Positions 1 through 14,203 of a stretch of 64,000 nt of DNA are shown piece by piece. The stretch's first letter is position 1. Each line of letters starts with the position of its first letter. This DNA is from Octopus sinensis (taxonomy: Eukaryota). Under the pieces are notes generated by a model that searched no databases, was not told where the DNA came from, and was given only the letters and a program-made list of their open reading frames with translations. Location: assembly GCF_006345805.1 (NCBI RefSeq), contig NC_043003.1, forward strand, positions 97,030,001 through 97,094,000, read 5' to 3'. A program made the translations under genes and the position numbers.

Positions 1-37
1 ATATATATGCATGTATATGTATGTATATATATATACA

Positions 38-73
<36 letters not shown>

Positions 74-502
74 TATGTATATATATATTTGTAAAAAATG
101 AAGTTCGAAAATGCTGCTGTATTATACAATTTTTAATTTTTATATATACATTATAACATGTTTCAGTTCCTGAAATGAACTTTATCAAAAAAAGTTATAT
201 ATAAAAAAAGACAGCTCATGCCGTCAAACACAAGAAATTCATTTATAATACACAACGGAGTCAGACATCTTAGAGTTCATGTATAGTTGATATATAGTTC
301 ATGTATAGTTGATATATAGTTTGAAGTATATGTTCAAAGTGTTCGATGCAGTGGCCCACGGTGGCGATACGTATTCAATACAAAAAACAGATCAAAGTGG
401 TGGAAAGCGGTCAATACAGAAGATTGATGTTTCCGAAAGAGCGAGGAATTCATTTTTACCTTAAGCAAATGTGATGACCCATGGTGGATGTTCGCTGGGT
501 GG

Positions 503-549
<47 letters not shown>

Positions 550-1006
550 TATATATATTATATATATATATATATATATTTAGATATATATACGTCATCC
601 CGGTCTCGCACCATTTCCTGTGAGCGGATTGTCTTTGTACAGGAGCCATCCGGATTCCCGCTTTTGCCGTGAACAGGAATTAATCTTCTCCCTTCGCTCT
701 TTTGCCCCACATGGGCTCAACTCCCCTCCCCTTTTCGTCTGCCTCCTCTCCTCTTCTTTCTTCATCTCTTCCTCTCTTCACATGCCCTGACACCTACTTC
801 CTCTCTTCACTCCTACCCACTTCTCTCTTCATCGATACCTCTCCATCAACACCTCTACACATCCCAACCCCTACCCTAACCTATCCCTACACATCCCATT
901 CTCACACACCCCACCCTCACATCGTTCACCCCAAAGCCACACCCCACCCTCACATCCTACACCCCACCCTCGCATCCCCACGCCCTTATCTTATGCTTTC
1001 CTGTAA

Positions 1007-1045
<39 letters not shown>

Positions 1046-1467
1046 GTCGATGAGGATAACTTAATACAGTTATGAGGTGTAAAGATGATTTTTTTTAATT
1101 ATATAAAAAAATTTATGAAATCTTTTATGAGGATGTTACTAACCTTTTTTGAGAAGTTTTTTCTAATGTGTGAGCGCTTTCGTTTAACGTTTTCCTACAC
1201 ATGTGCTCTTATAGAGGAAGTTTTACTTTTGTGGTCGTGGGAGTATTAATCATTTCGGGTTTATTTTCGGACTTCTCATTTTAGTCAGAAATATTATTCT
1301 ACCATTGTTTATTATATGGAGTGCTTGCTATTTGTGGTTTAATTTCGGATTTAAAATTCTTATAAAGTATTCTTCTTTTGTCTTTCGTAGTTGAACATTT
1401 TCATCTTTATTTTGTAAAATGGGAATATTTCTAATTTTCTATTTGCACAGATATCTAGATGTTCACT

Positions 1468-1514
<47 letters not shown>

Positions 1515-1611
1515 ACATATATATATATATATACATATATGTATGTATATGAGTCTATAGGTATGTATATATGTATATATGCGCGTATGTGTATGTATTT
1601 CTATTTTATTT

Positions 1612-1781
1612 CTTTTTTTCTCTTTACTTGTTTCAGTAATTCGACAGCAGATATGTTAGACCACTGCCTTAAAGTTTTTTAGTCGAAGAAATCGACCTAA
1701 GGACTTATTCGTTGCCAAACCGTTAGGTTACTGGAACATATACACACCGACATCTGTTATCAAGTGATGGTAGGGGTACAA

Positions 1782-1821
<40 letters not shown>

Positions 1822-1980
1822 CGAGCTTCTTTCAGTTTCTGTCTACCAAATTCACATGAGAGACTTTGGTCGGCCCGAGGCTATAACTGAAGACACTTGC
1901 CCAAGGTTCCACGCAGTAGGACTGAAATCAGAACCATGAGGTTGGAAAGCAAGCTTCTTACCACACAGCCACGCCTTCGC
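1612..1980 (-). mobile_element. tRNA-derived SINE family A (octopus OK-like), with internal (CA)n
   Basis: Reverse complement of the family A consensus seen at 42472-42930: head GCGxAGGxGTGGCTGTGTGGTAAG, CCTTGGGCAAGTGTC core, and tail GAAACAAGTAAAGA. Confidence 0.85.
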
Positions 1981-2294
1981 CTAGAGATCGAACGGACTGT
2001 GGTTCGGACTGTGGCCCTCCCTTTGGCGGCCGGGTTTTCGCGACTGAGGATGGACAGAAATAATTCGAAACCGAGTCGTCTGCTGAAGGATGTTACCGGT
2101 TAGCTCCCCATCTTGCAATATATACAGGATACAGGCTGCACCTGTAACCAGCTAACGGTAGTAACATTGAACAACCATATTGATGTGGCGATTAACTTAC
2201 TTGTCAGTATAGTTACTGTGTGTATGTGGGGGTGGGGTGCGTATTTATACACAGGTATATTGTATAAGTTTGTAAATGTATATATATATGCATA

Positions 2295-2490
2295 AACTTT
2301 TCTTCATTTACTTGTTTCAGTCATCTGAATGCGGCCATGCCGGAGCACCGTTTTAAAGGGTTTTAGTCGAACGAATCATCATCGAGACTTCTTTTTAAGC
2401 CTAGTACTTATTCTATCGGTCACTTTTGCCGAACCGCCAAGTCACAGGGACGCAAACACGCCAATATCAGTTGTCAAGCGATGGTTGATA
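2295..2490 (-). mobile_element. SINE family A, 3' half
   Basis: ttacttgtttcagtca...gcggccatgc...ctagtacttattctatcggtc...gccgaaccgc matches the family A tail. Confidence 0.75.
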
Positions 2491-2659
2491 TATATGCATG
2501 ATTTCGTTTCGCACCAATCCTGTTCCTATTTAATTTTCCTGTTCACAGTAGTCTTTTCATTTCTGCTATGGATTTGTCCTTTTCCACATTTCATTTTATA
2601 TCTTCTAAGGTCACCGGTAATTTGCGTACCACATTTCACATTACATTTTTTTTATTTCT

Positions 2660-3260
2660 CCTTCTGGTAGTTTTCTTAGAATTAGACGCGTTTTCATATC
2701 GTCGGCACAATCTTTGCACTTTTTATTGAAGGTCTGTTCGCATCTTCTATAGTATACCTCAAAGGTAATTCCTTCACCGAGTTCATACTTAAATTCCGTT
2801 ACTGAGTTTGCAACATAATCTGGCGGGAACATCTTTTCAGTATTTTTGGATGAATTATTATTCATTAATTGCAGCATTTGTTGCTGTAATAGTAATTGTT
2901 CTTGTTCTTGCAGTTGTTGTTTCTGCAACTCGAGTAAACCGGCCAACAATTCTTCCATAATTTTACGATTTTGTACACCGTAAAATTCGCACAAAAACTT
3001 TTATGAGTTTCGTAACTCATTGTGAGTTTGTTTAATGCTCGTGAGTTTGTTAATTCCTCGTCGCCACAATTGTAATCCAACATTGGACTGTTGTAACGTC
3101 CACTCCGGTATAGCAGTACCTTTAGTTAGACAAGTAAGAGATGACTATCTATGACCGACTTCACCGAATTATCGACGACTCGACTTCCTACGCCACAGTA
3201 TTTGTAACGACTATCACGTACCACTCGTCACATGAGACGGGTGTTCCATTATTATTATTA
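2660..3260 (-). mobile_element. Ty3/Gypsy LTR retrotransposon fragment: LTR remnant, PBS and N-terminal gag
   Basis: ORF 2641..2994 encodes EFKYELGEGITFEVYYRRCEQTF...DDMKTRLILRKL, typical of Gypsy (K02A2.6-like) Gag. A PBS-like TGGCGACGAGG lies at 3066-3056 on the minus strand upstream of the ORF. Confidence 0.7.
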
Positions 3261-3475
3261 TATATATAGTATTTCTTATTAGTGAGTTGTCCCTGTAACT
3301 AGACTGAGAACGGTTTACTTCCAAGTGAGAAGTTAGTTTCTGTGTTTGTGTTCTTTTAGATGTTTATAGCTTGATCTAGTTGGACGTTTATTATTGAATC
3401 CATAAAATTTATACTTCAGAACAATTATTTCCTATTTGATGTCACCTACTATCGTAAAAATTCGGAGTTGCGAAG

Positions 3476-4990
3476 GGGACGAGAGCAACGCCTGTTCTTG
3501 CGAACATAATAATGGGTTATTTTAAATTCACCATATATGAAGTGTCACTGCAAAAATATGGATATCCTTTTCACCATTATATAAGAGAGAACTGGAGGTG
3601 ATACCTGGCTGAATGTTTTATCATTTGGAAGGAGACCATTGATAAACTTTTGGAATTCAAACCAATACTGAATAATATAAACCCTAACATTCAATTCACA
3701 ATGCACAGCTAACTTTCTTGGATATTATGATAAAAAAGTCAACAACCAAATTATAACTGACACCTATCATAAACCAACGGACTCGAAGCAATATCTTCTT
3801 TTTAGCTCATACCACCTGAAACATACCAAACGAAGTATCCCCTTTAATTTAGAAAACAAGATTTGCACAATACTGTCTGATAGAAATATTCGGGACACTC
3901 GTCTTCAGGATATTAGAACAACACTAACTGAAAGACAATATCCACCCGCACTTATAGACGATGGAATTCAGCGTGCTAAGAAATTAGACATTGAAATTAG
4001 ACTAAGAAATTAGACATTGAAACAATAAGGGCAACAAACCGTAACACTACACCTCATTTCAAAACACTACTGTTTATATCAACTCACAACCCTGGAATCA
4101 ATGAGGCATACAACACTATTGTACAAAATCTACCTATGCTTACTAGAGTTCCAAAAATGAACAACATTCTGAAAACACATAAATTCATCAAATGCAACGC
4201 AAATCACCAAAAATAATTCTAACAAATGCGAAGCTTTACACAACCACGAAACCAACGGTTAAAAAATGTGGACGCCCAGACTATCGAACATGACCCAACC
4301 TACTGGAAAGGACGGAATTCCTATTCAAACAAGGAGAGTGGTTCACAATTAAAACCAACTTCACTTGTACTTCCGAGAATCTAATTTATGTTATAACTTG
4401 CTCGGGTTGTGGGCATAACTACATAGGACAGACAAGTATGACACTGAAACTGAGAATCATACTACATAAGGAACAGATCCACTTCCCGCGATTTAGACAG
4501 ATTCCAACAGCATTCACAGTGAACACATAGAGAGATGTGCAAGTAATATCCACAGTTTTCCTCCATCCACCAGTGCAGTGGAACAATTCTTATACAAGAA
4601 AGTTTAAATAAAGAAAATTTGTTCATCGAAAAATACACCACACGTATAAATATGAACGCACAACCATCTTTGATCCCTGCATATATTTTAACTCATGATC
4701 ACATCATACCCTTCACTGTGCATATTTCTTCTCACTACTTTAGCTTTTGAGATTTTGTGTATATTTATACCCTCCCCGAAAGATTAACAATTACCTCCCC
4801 TGTTCCCAATAATAACGATCACTAATTACCGCCCCTTAGATTTCTCTAGTTCTGAATGAACCATTCATTCATTCATAAACTTCTCGAAACACAATATCGA
4901 CTAAAATCTTCTTAGGAAAATACGATTAGTCATGATTAGCAAAAGCGAAACTGGTCGACAATATAAAATATATTTTAAAATATATTAAAA
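3476..4990 (+). mobile_element. Penelope-like element relic (RT C-terminal half plus GIY-YIG endonuclease), frameshifted
   Basis: Manual translation gives GTRATPVLANIIMGYF, TDTYHKPTDSKQYLLFSSYH..HTKRSIPFNL, and NLIYVITCSGCGHNYIGQTSMTLKLRIILHKEQI (GIY-YIG). Confidence 0.85.
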
Positions 4991-5141
4991 CTATGTAACG
5001 CGTGTGCATTTTCCTTCTTTTATTATACATATATATATATACGTAGATACTGCCAAAAATGCAACGTATATGCACAGAGAACACACACACATGTAAATGT
5101 ACATTGAAATACATGTATACAGACACACACATATATATATA

Positions 5142-5210
<69 letters not shown>

Positions 5211-6050
5211 CGTACCTCCTCCTCTCCTCCTCCTCCTCCTCCTCTCTCTCTCTCTCCCTCTCTTTATCAATCAATCAACGAAGGCTGGAATTTGTATCGT
5301 CTCACCACTTTATCCCTCCCGATTATTCCTTCCCCTTCTTTTGGCTTGATGATTTCCAAAGGGCCATCTGGCTAAGATTCGTATGTAGAAAAGTATTCAT
5401 TGACTTCCTCAAATACATGTATTTGTTTCTGTTTCTTTTCTATTTCTCTTTTTTTTTTACTTTTTTCTCACTGTCCTGGATCCTGTCTCTTTGGATCTTC
5501 CCTTATTCCTAGGATATATTTTTACTTGCTCTTTTTGCGTTCTTTTTGCGTTTTTCATAGAAATTCTTCACATTCCTATTCTTATATATACACATACATG
5601 CACACACATTATATATATATATGTGTATGTATGTAAATATGTTTGTTTGTGTATTTGTGTGTGTGTGTGTGTGTGGGGGTGTGTGTGTATATAAAATTAT
5701 CGTATTCCGCTTCTGGAAATTGCTTCTACGCCTCAAACTCCTGAATTCACTTCCTACATATATTTATGCCTTTTCGTTGGTAATGCTTTTCTGTGCATAA
5801 TATATATAAATATAAATGTTTTTCCATATAAAATTGCATTTCACGTTTAAAGCTCCAAGGAAGCTATAGGGCGATACACAAGCATTCAGCTATGAGTACA
5901 TGGTATCTTATAGTAGAAAGAGCTTATGAAGTTCATGGTATAATTGTTTATTCGTTTGTCATCCCATATTTCTTATTGCTGCTCTGTACTCGACTGACAC
6001 TCCGCCCTGAAGCATATTTATACTGAATATCAATATCCCTAACCGAAATG

Positions 6051-6218
<168 letters not shown>

Positions 6219-6222
6219 AGAC

Positions 6223-6510
6223 TCCATGATCACAGCATTAATTTGCTTGCTCCATCCACACTGTGTGTGGTGGTCCATTTCTGGATATCGACAGGCTGGA
6301 GCCGGATCAGAGTCTCTGAGCCTACCGGGTGCAACACTGTCACCATCAATTGCTTCAATTTCATTACCATCGTAATTCACAATATTTTGTTTATTCATTC
6401 TCACTCATATGAGGGAGCAATTATCAGGTTGCGCAATTGCCAGTCTTTTTATTGTGACACCATCACTAGATGTATCATTAATCAGGACATGGGGAGACTC
6501 CACCTGCTCT
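6223..6510 (-). mobile_element. R4/Dong-type LINE, 5' terminal fragment
   Basis: Preceded by (TAA)n on its sense strand. Encodes ...GWSKQINAVIMESY, resembling the N-terminal WxKxxNxxxMxxYY motif of Dong/R4 ORFs, then stops at a TAA tract. Confidence 0.5.
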
Positions 6511-6739
6511 TTTCATTATTATTATTATCATCACTGATATCACTGGTATTATTGTTTGTGCCTCAGATTCCTGTGCTATCAGAATAGTAGTTGTAGTATC
6601 TGTAGTATTAGCAGCTACAGCATTTTATTTTTATCTTTATCATTATCACCATCACCACCACTACCACTGTTTTTATCATTATTACTATCTCCATTTGTTA
6701 TTAAAAGATGTTATTAAATGTTATTTATTTTCAGCTTTT

Positions 6740-7445
6740 GTCGTGTACTTGAGATAAGCATAAATATATGGTTGTTGAAAAAATAGTTGGGTGGGGGAAG
6801 TAGCAGCTTCGTGAATAGATCAAATTCTACAGGTCTATAAATAGATTCAGTAGGATTAGATATGCTCTCGAAGGAAATTTCTGTGTTAGACCGAAAAGAG
6901 AAAGGGGAGCTTAAAAGCGAACAAAACTACAAGGCGCTGAAAAGGATGTATAATATTGAAAGAAAGGGCCTGAAAGTGGTAAAGTAAGAACTGAAACAGC
7001 GCCTCGTTGCATCTGGAAAAAATGGAGTCTGGAGGATTTTAGGATTCAGTGCGACCATGAGATAGAAAATAAGAACCCAAACATAGTCTTAATTGAGAAA
7101 GAAAGTAAACTATGCTGGATCATAGATATGCCCATCTAACAAGAAGGTGTGCGATAAGGAAGAGTAAAAAGTTGAGAGATATGACAGGTTAGCTTGGGAG
7201 ATAAAGCAGGTGAAGTCGATGAAAAAGGTGGTAGTGGTAACAAAAATTATCAGAGTCCTGGGAACAGTGAGTTAAAATCTCGAAAAGTACATGCAATAAT
7301 ATGGGCTGCAATAGGGGTGGAGCACTTGCAGAAAACTGCACTGCTTGGAACCGCTCGAATACTCCGGGAGGTACTCGAAAAATAAGGATTGTTACTTTAG
7401 TTCACTGGTTGTGAACAGCTGACACGGTAGTACATCTCCAGCGTT
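6740..7445 (+). mobile_element. R4/Dong-type LINE, internally deleted relic
   Basis: YKALKRMYNIERKGLKVV..ELKQRLVA is joined to DFRIQCDHEIENKNPNIVLIEK (REL nuclease) and ends LQKTALLGTARILREVLEK*. A short 3' UTR is followed by (TGA)n(TAA)n. Confidence 0.8.
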
Positions 7446-7484
7446 AGAAGCTGTGCAAAGGCAATGATGATGATGATGATGATG

Positions 7485-7567
<83 letters not shown>

Positions 7568-7569
7568 AA

Positions 7570-8051
7570 CTGATTTTAACTGATTGGAAGATGAGCTACA
7601 GCAAATATTCTGCTCAATACCACATATTTGCTTGTCATTTGTTTGACATTAACCAGTTGAGCATGTCCCTTAGTGGCTGACGATATGTGAATCTCTGATC
7701 ACAAACAGATGTAGTGGGCCGGCATCATAGCCATGTGTTGAGAGGGATTCTTTGGGGTTTGAATAATTCACCTCTGGAAACATGGGTATTTCGTTCAACA
7801 TCCTTAAACAACCCTTATTCAGGGACATTTTGAGCGGAATGGGTTACTCGACCAGAAGAAAATTTTAACTGGGCCCCACCTGCAAGGTCATGTGCTGTTT
7901 ATCTTGTTATGAGATCACCATGTCACGCACATATGGTTGTGATTCATGTGCCTGATGTACCTTTATCAGACGGGTAGTCATGATGGGTATAATGGGCTTC
8001 ATATATTTGTACGCCAGTGTCACTTTGATGGCATGCATTGCTCTCTCACTC
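7570..8051 (+). mobile_element. TAA-targeted ~500-bp non-coding repeat family X, copy 1
   Basis: Near-identical to 12843-13296 and 13582-14105. Ends CTCTCTCACTC(AAT)n. Confidence 0.85.
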
Positions 8052-8076
8052 AATAATAATAAAAAAATAAAAATAA

Positions 8077-8137
<61 letters not shown>

Positions 8138-8342
8138 GATCGGGAAAAATGAAAAAGTCTTTTGTATTTCGAACCTACGCTCTTCAACAGAAAGGAATAA
8201 GAGAAAATAAACAGAGAGAGAATTAACAAAACTTGTAGATTTCAGCGGCCCGTACACATGTAGATAGATAGATAGATAGATACATACATACATACATATA
8301 TACATACATTCATACATGCATACATATACATATGCATATAAA

Positions 8343-8497
<155 letters not shown>

Positions 8498-8689
8498 TGT
8501 ATGTACTCTATAACTGTGGAAGAAATGTGAACTGTAAAGCATTTTTCACGTTGGAGCAGAAAATTAAATTTGATCGAATGATAATTTCTCCGACTAAATC
8601 TGCTGCATCCGATAATTATATCCCCAAGCCCGATTATATTGTTTGATTATCAGAAATTTGTATGCATGTCTGCACTAATATTTTCATTT

Positions 8690-9800
8690 GGTCATTCACA
8701 GATATTAATAGGTTATTCACTATAAGAAATGTTTCCGTAATGCAGGGATTGAATGAAATTGTTATACTAACGTGTAGTTTTCTATAAGTTAATATAGTAA
8801 ACTACAATGTGTTAACAGTTTACTGTCCATGATTTCTTAATCTATTTTAATGTTTTTAACAAAGTTGTCTCTCAGTTTCCTACTATAACTAAGAAGTGAT
8901 GTGGCATACTTTTCTTTACAAATTTTCATAAAGATGGAATTTGATTAATGTAGCTTTCTTTGAATTTTACCTCTATCTTGCCAATGTAGTGACGAGTTAT
9001 AATGGAATTTGAAATCTCATTAACTTTCAGTAATCAGTAAGTTTTTCGGGTAATTTCCATAAAGACATGCATGCTTATTTTGACAATTGCATATAGTGTT
9101 GGCTATTGTTTAATAAGAATATTTTAATAAAATGTTCATAAAATATCATGAATGCAATAGTGTGGGGGCGAATGAAGCGAGCTTTAATACTGTATCTATT
9201 AAGCCATTTTTATCTCTATGGCCTATTGATAATGACATATGAAAGCTAAATATTTTGTATGTGAACAGAGATTAAGCCGTATAAGGATTTTACAGATTTT
9301 CTTATTAGATTTTGGATGTATAGGTATAGGTTTAATTTTATCTATGAATCCGTTTTTGATTATTTGGGCTGCTCAAATGTTGCTTGATCTACGATAAATC
9401 AGAAATAATTTTACTTAAATTATCTATACTATAAAGTAGACTTTTAAAGATATTGTCGGATGAGGATAGGCTAGTTCTTGTTTATATACATAAGCTTTTC
9501 AAGTTTACTCCGGGGTTGGTAACTACACGTCTCTATGTTTACGGTGACAATCTAAATAATAATTAGCTCTATTCTAAATCTTTCTAACATGCTACTGTTA
9601 GAATTGCGATATAGAGCTTGACCCTATATCCATTATATTACATTAAACATTGGAGTTATGTGAAATACAAAAGTCGATTAGCAAATTCCAGCGCTTTCAA
9701 AAGAATCCACACTCACATCAAAAGCATCATTGATATTATTCAACCAAACTCACTTTTAATCAGAGATTAATGTCTTCCTGTCATGCTGGATGATTTCTAT
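8690..9800 (-). mobile_element. Very degenerate LINE (APE-bearing) relic
   Basis: Only scattered motif-like peptides on the minus strand (e.g. IYRRSS, VDSFES), with many stops. Confidence 0.25.
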
Positions 9801-10226
9801 ATCATTAAAGGTTATAGTATAGTATTTAAAGCAAATTTCAAACCACTGAATAGAACGATTTGTGATGGAGAATGATAAAACTCAGTAACGTTGAAATAAA
9901 TAAACTTATTTAACCAACTTATTACATCATTACTATATTTCCATTAACCGAAGGCTGCTTAGTTTTCTATGACTAGTCTTTACGTTATTTAATATTACCT
10001 GCTAAATACATCTTATCATGGTTTACTAATCTTCTTTTTGTCTTAGAAAGGAAATTAGTTTTATGATCTCTTAAGGTAATGAGAGCTTCCCATTTAGCTA
10101 AATATTCTACTCTATTGTCTGTAACTACGACCTTGGTTCCATTGTTGATACCACCACGAAATATATTTAATTTTATTTTTTGTAATTCTAAGTGATATTA
10201 TTAGTAAGAAGTTTAGTACAAGTATC

Positions 10227-10311
10227 ATAAAATAATAATAATAATAATAATATAATAATAATAATAATGATAATAATGATAATGATGATGATGATAATAA
10301 TAATAATAATG

Positions 10312-10375
<64 letters not shown>

Positions 10376-10422
10376 TGATGATAATAATAATAATAATAAT
10401 AATAATGATGATGATGATGATG

Positions 10423-10452
<30 letters not shown>
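10227..10452. repeat. (TAA)n/(TGA)n trinucleotide microsatellite, target site of the adjacent Dong element
   Basis: Seen directly. It is the source of the poly-I/poly-Y/H ORFs in the track. Confidence 0.95.
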
Positions 10453-10456
<4 letters not shown>

Positions 10457-12751
10457 TGCACAAAAGCTGGCTGAAAACTTTAACAACGTACTAGCAGAGC
10501 CAGAGACAATGCCTGAATGGCTCACGAAGGGGAAAACCATCTTAATTCCCAAATCAAATGAAACAGAAAAACCAGAAAACTACAGACCAATAACCTGCCT
10601 CCCTACTATGTTCAAGGCATTTACTGCAGTGATATCACAAAGGCTGAACAAGCACCTGGACGAAAACAAACTGTTCCCAGAAGAGCAGAAAGAATGCCGC
10701 AAAGGCTCATATGGCTGTAAAGATCAACTAATGATTAATAAAGCCATAACTGAAGACAGCCACAGAAAGAAGAAAGGCCTCAGTATGGCCTGGATTGACT
10801 ACAAAAAGGCGTTTGATAGCATCCCCCACACATGGATCCTCGAAACACTAGCCATTAACAAAGTAGCACCAACAATCATAAAATTCATAGAGCACTCTAT
10901 GAATAAATGGCAAACAGTCCTACACCTCCAAACAAAAGAGGGACTCATGAAAACCAAAGACATCCCCATTAGAAGAGGAATATTCCAGGGAGATACGCTC
11001 TCTCCACTCCTTTTCTGCTTGGCACTGTCACCTCTATCTGATATGCTAAATAGAACTGGATGCTACGGCAAAACGATCAGCCACCTTTTATATATGGATG
11101 ACCTAAAACTATACGCTGCAAATGACAAACAGCTGGAAACACTATTAAAGACAGTTCATGGATTTACCAAAGAAATAGATATGAAATTTGGATTAGAAAA
11201 ATGCGCCAAAGTAACCATGAAAAGAGGAAAACTAGTTAAGAGTAACAACACCACACTAGATGAAGCAAATGAAATAAAAGAATTAGACCAAAGCCAAACT
11301 TACAAATACTTAGGAATCCATGAACTAGATAAGACACAACACACACAAATGAAAGAGAAAATAAAAAAGAATATTATAGACGAGTTAGATCAATACTAAA
11401 CACAGAGCTCAATGCTAAAAACAAGATAATAGGTATCAACACTTTAGCTGTCCCAGTTATAAGTTACAGCTACAATATCCTTAACTGGACACGAAATGAA
11501 CTGACCAAAATAGACAGGAAAACAAGAAAAATAATGACAGGATCTAGGATGCATCGCCCAAAATCTGACATAGAAAGACTATATATACAACGTATAGAAG
11601 GTGGTAGAGGCCTTATACAGCTCGAAAACTACTATAAAATAACCACCATAGGACTGCAAAAATATCTACTTCAGAAGGAAGGAAAACTGATCCAGATAGC
11701 GGCAAAACACGAGCAAAACAAAAAACTGTTCTCAGTATTTAAGGAAGCTGACAAATACAAACAAGAAATCATACCACCTAATAAACATGAAGAAAAAGAA
11801 GAAGATGATGAAGAAACAACAAAAGCTATAAAAAAATGAAATCCAAACTAAAAATAGAACAGCAACGAACCATGATAAAACGATGGCAAGAAAAGCCCCT
11901 TCATGGTAAATACTGGACTAAACTAAACGCAAAAGAAATAGACAAAGAAAAATCCCTGCAATGGTTGAGAAGCTCAGGACTCAAAGCAGAAACAGAGGGA
12001 TTTTTAATTGCAGCACAAGACCAAAGCCTCCCCACCAGAAATTACCAAAAACATGTAATGAAAAGAAATATTACAAGTAACTGCAGAATATGTGGAGATG
12101 GACAAGAAACAATAAATCATATTATCTCTAGCTGCCCAGTCCTGGCTAAGAAGGAATATATTCACAGACATGACAGAGTTGGAACTTACATACATTGGAA
12201 GCTATGCCAACATTATGGAATAACAACAGAAAAAAGATGGTATAGGCACACACCAGAAAAGGTCACAGAAAACGAGAAAGCAACCATACTCTGGGATATG
12301 CCGATACACACAGATAGAGAAATTAAGGCCAACAGACCAGATATAGTTGTCAGAGACCATGAAGAAAAAAAATGCTTTCTAATTGATGTATCAGTACCGG
12401 CAGATGACAACGTGTCTCTAAAAGAAATGGAGAAACTCTCAGAATACAAAGACCTGGAAATAGAGGTAACTAGAATGGGGAATCTGAAAACAGAAACAAT
12501 TCCTATCATAGTAGGTGCATTAGGCATGATAAAAAAATATTCAGACAAACACATAACAAAAACACCAGGACTTACAAACACATATAACATACAGAAAATT
12601 GCACTACTAGGCACTGCACACATCCTACGCAGAACACTTTCCATACAATAACCATCAGAGCATCACAACAAATCACAGCACATACCCAAGGCACACAGAG
12701 CTGCGCTCGGTAGTGAAGTGAAAGCACGCTATAAAAATAAAAATAAAACTA

Positions 12752-12754
<3 letters not shown>
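10453..12754 (+). mobile_element. R4/Dong-clade non-LTR retrotransposon, 5'-truncated, young: RT, CCHC zinc knuckle and restriction-like endonuclease
   Basis: RT motifs NYRPITCL, WIDYKKAFDS, GIFQGDTLSPLLF and LLYMDDLKL. Zinc knuckle CRICGDGQETINHIISSC. REL motifs RHD, RPDIVV, IDVSVP and KxxEYKDL. C-terminus QKIALLGTAHILRRTL*. Flanked by (TAA)n on both sides, the known Dong target. Confidence 0.95.
10509..11399 (+). pseudogene. Dong reverse transcriptase ORF segment; continues by frameshift into 11370-11839 and 11836-12651
   Basis: ORF track segments join into one ORF if one A is added in each of the A-runs near 11365 and 11830. Confidence 0.9.
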
Positions 12755-12842
<88 letters not shown>

Positions 12843-12844
<2 letters not shown>

Positions 12845-13296
12845 AGCAAATATTCTGCTCAATACCACAGATTTGCTTGTCAGTTGTTTGACCTTAACCA
12901 GTTGAGCATGTCCCTTAGTGGCTGACGATATGTGAATCTCTGATCACGAGCAGAATTAGTGGGGCGGCATCATAGCCATGTGTTGAAAGGGATTGTTTGG
13001 GGTTTCAATAATTCACCTCTGGAAACATAGGTGTTTCGTTCACCATCCTTAAACAACCCTTATTCAGGGACCTTTTGAATGGGATGGGCTACTCGACCAG
13101 AAGAAAATTCTAACTGGGCCCCACCTGCAAGGTCATGCGCTGTTTATCTTGATTTGAGAAACGCTATGTCGCGCACATATGGTTCTGATGCATGTGCCTG
13201 GTTTACCCTTATCAGATGAGTAGTCATGATGCGTATACTGGGCTTCGTATACTTTACCCCAGTGTCACTTTGATGGCATGCACTGCTCTCTCACTC
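12843..13296 (+). mobile_element. Family X, copy 2
   Basis: Starts ACAGCAAATATTCTG and ends CTCTCTCACTC(AAT)n. Confidence 0.85.
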
Positions 13297-13361
<65 letters not shown>

Positions 13362-13492
13362 TTTTTTTTAAATGAACGAACTACTGAGTTTGGTTTAATG
13401 GCCTACCAATATACACTATGAGTTTCTTTGCCCTAGGAGTCGGGAAGACACTCGGCAAGAAATGGAAGAAAATTTGAAAGAAGAAAAAAAAA

Positions 13493-13572
<80 letters not shown>

Positions 13573-13581
13573 TATAATAAT

Positions 13582-14105
13582 ATGACTTCTGATCTTAACT
13601 GATTGGAAGTGTTATCATGTACATTGTTTTGTCTTGGTATAAAAGATGGGCTACAGCAAATATTCTGCTCAGTACCACAGATTTGCTTGTCAGTTGTTTG
13701 ACCTTTACCAGTTGAGCATGTCCCTTAGTGGCTGACGATATGTGAATCTCTGATCACGAGCAAAAGTAGTGGGGGAGCATCATAGCCATGTGTTGAGAGG
13801 GATTCTTTGGGGTTTGAATAGTTTACCTCTGGAAACATGGGTGGTTCTTTCAACATCCTTAAATAACCCTTATTCAGGGACCGTTTGAGCGGGATGGGCT
13901 ACTCAACCTGAAGAAAATTCTAACTGGGCCCCACCTGCAAGGTCATGTGCTGTTTATCTTGATATGAGATCACCATGTCGCGCACATATGGTTGTGATGC
14001 ATGTGTCTGGTGTACCTTTATCAGACGGGTAGTCATGATGGGTATATTGGGCTTCGTATATTTTACCCCAGTGTCACTTTGATGGCATGAACTGCTCTCT
14101 CACTC
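13582..14105 (+). mobile_element. Family X, copy 3 (longest plus-strand copy)
   Basis: Same 3' end as copies 1 and 2, with a longer 5' extension ATGACTTCTGATCTTAACTGATTGG. Confidence 0.85.
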
Positions 14106-14132
14106 AATGATAATAATAATAATATAATAATA

Positions 14133-14187
<55 letters not shown>

Positions 14188-14203
14188 TATTATTATTATT
14201 ATT

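Noticed and set aside
610-650. CCTG..TGAGCGGA..GTACAGG stem as a hammerhead
   Set aside because: Both CTGANGA and GAAA are missing.
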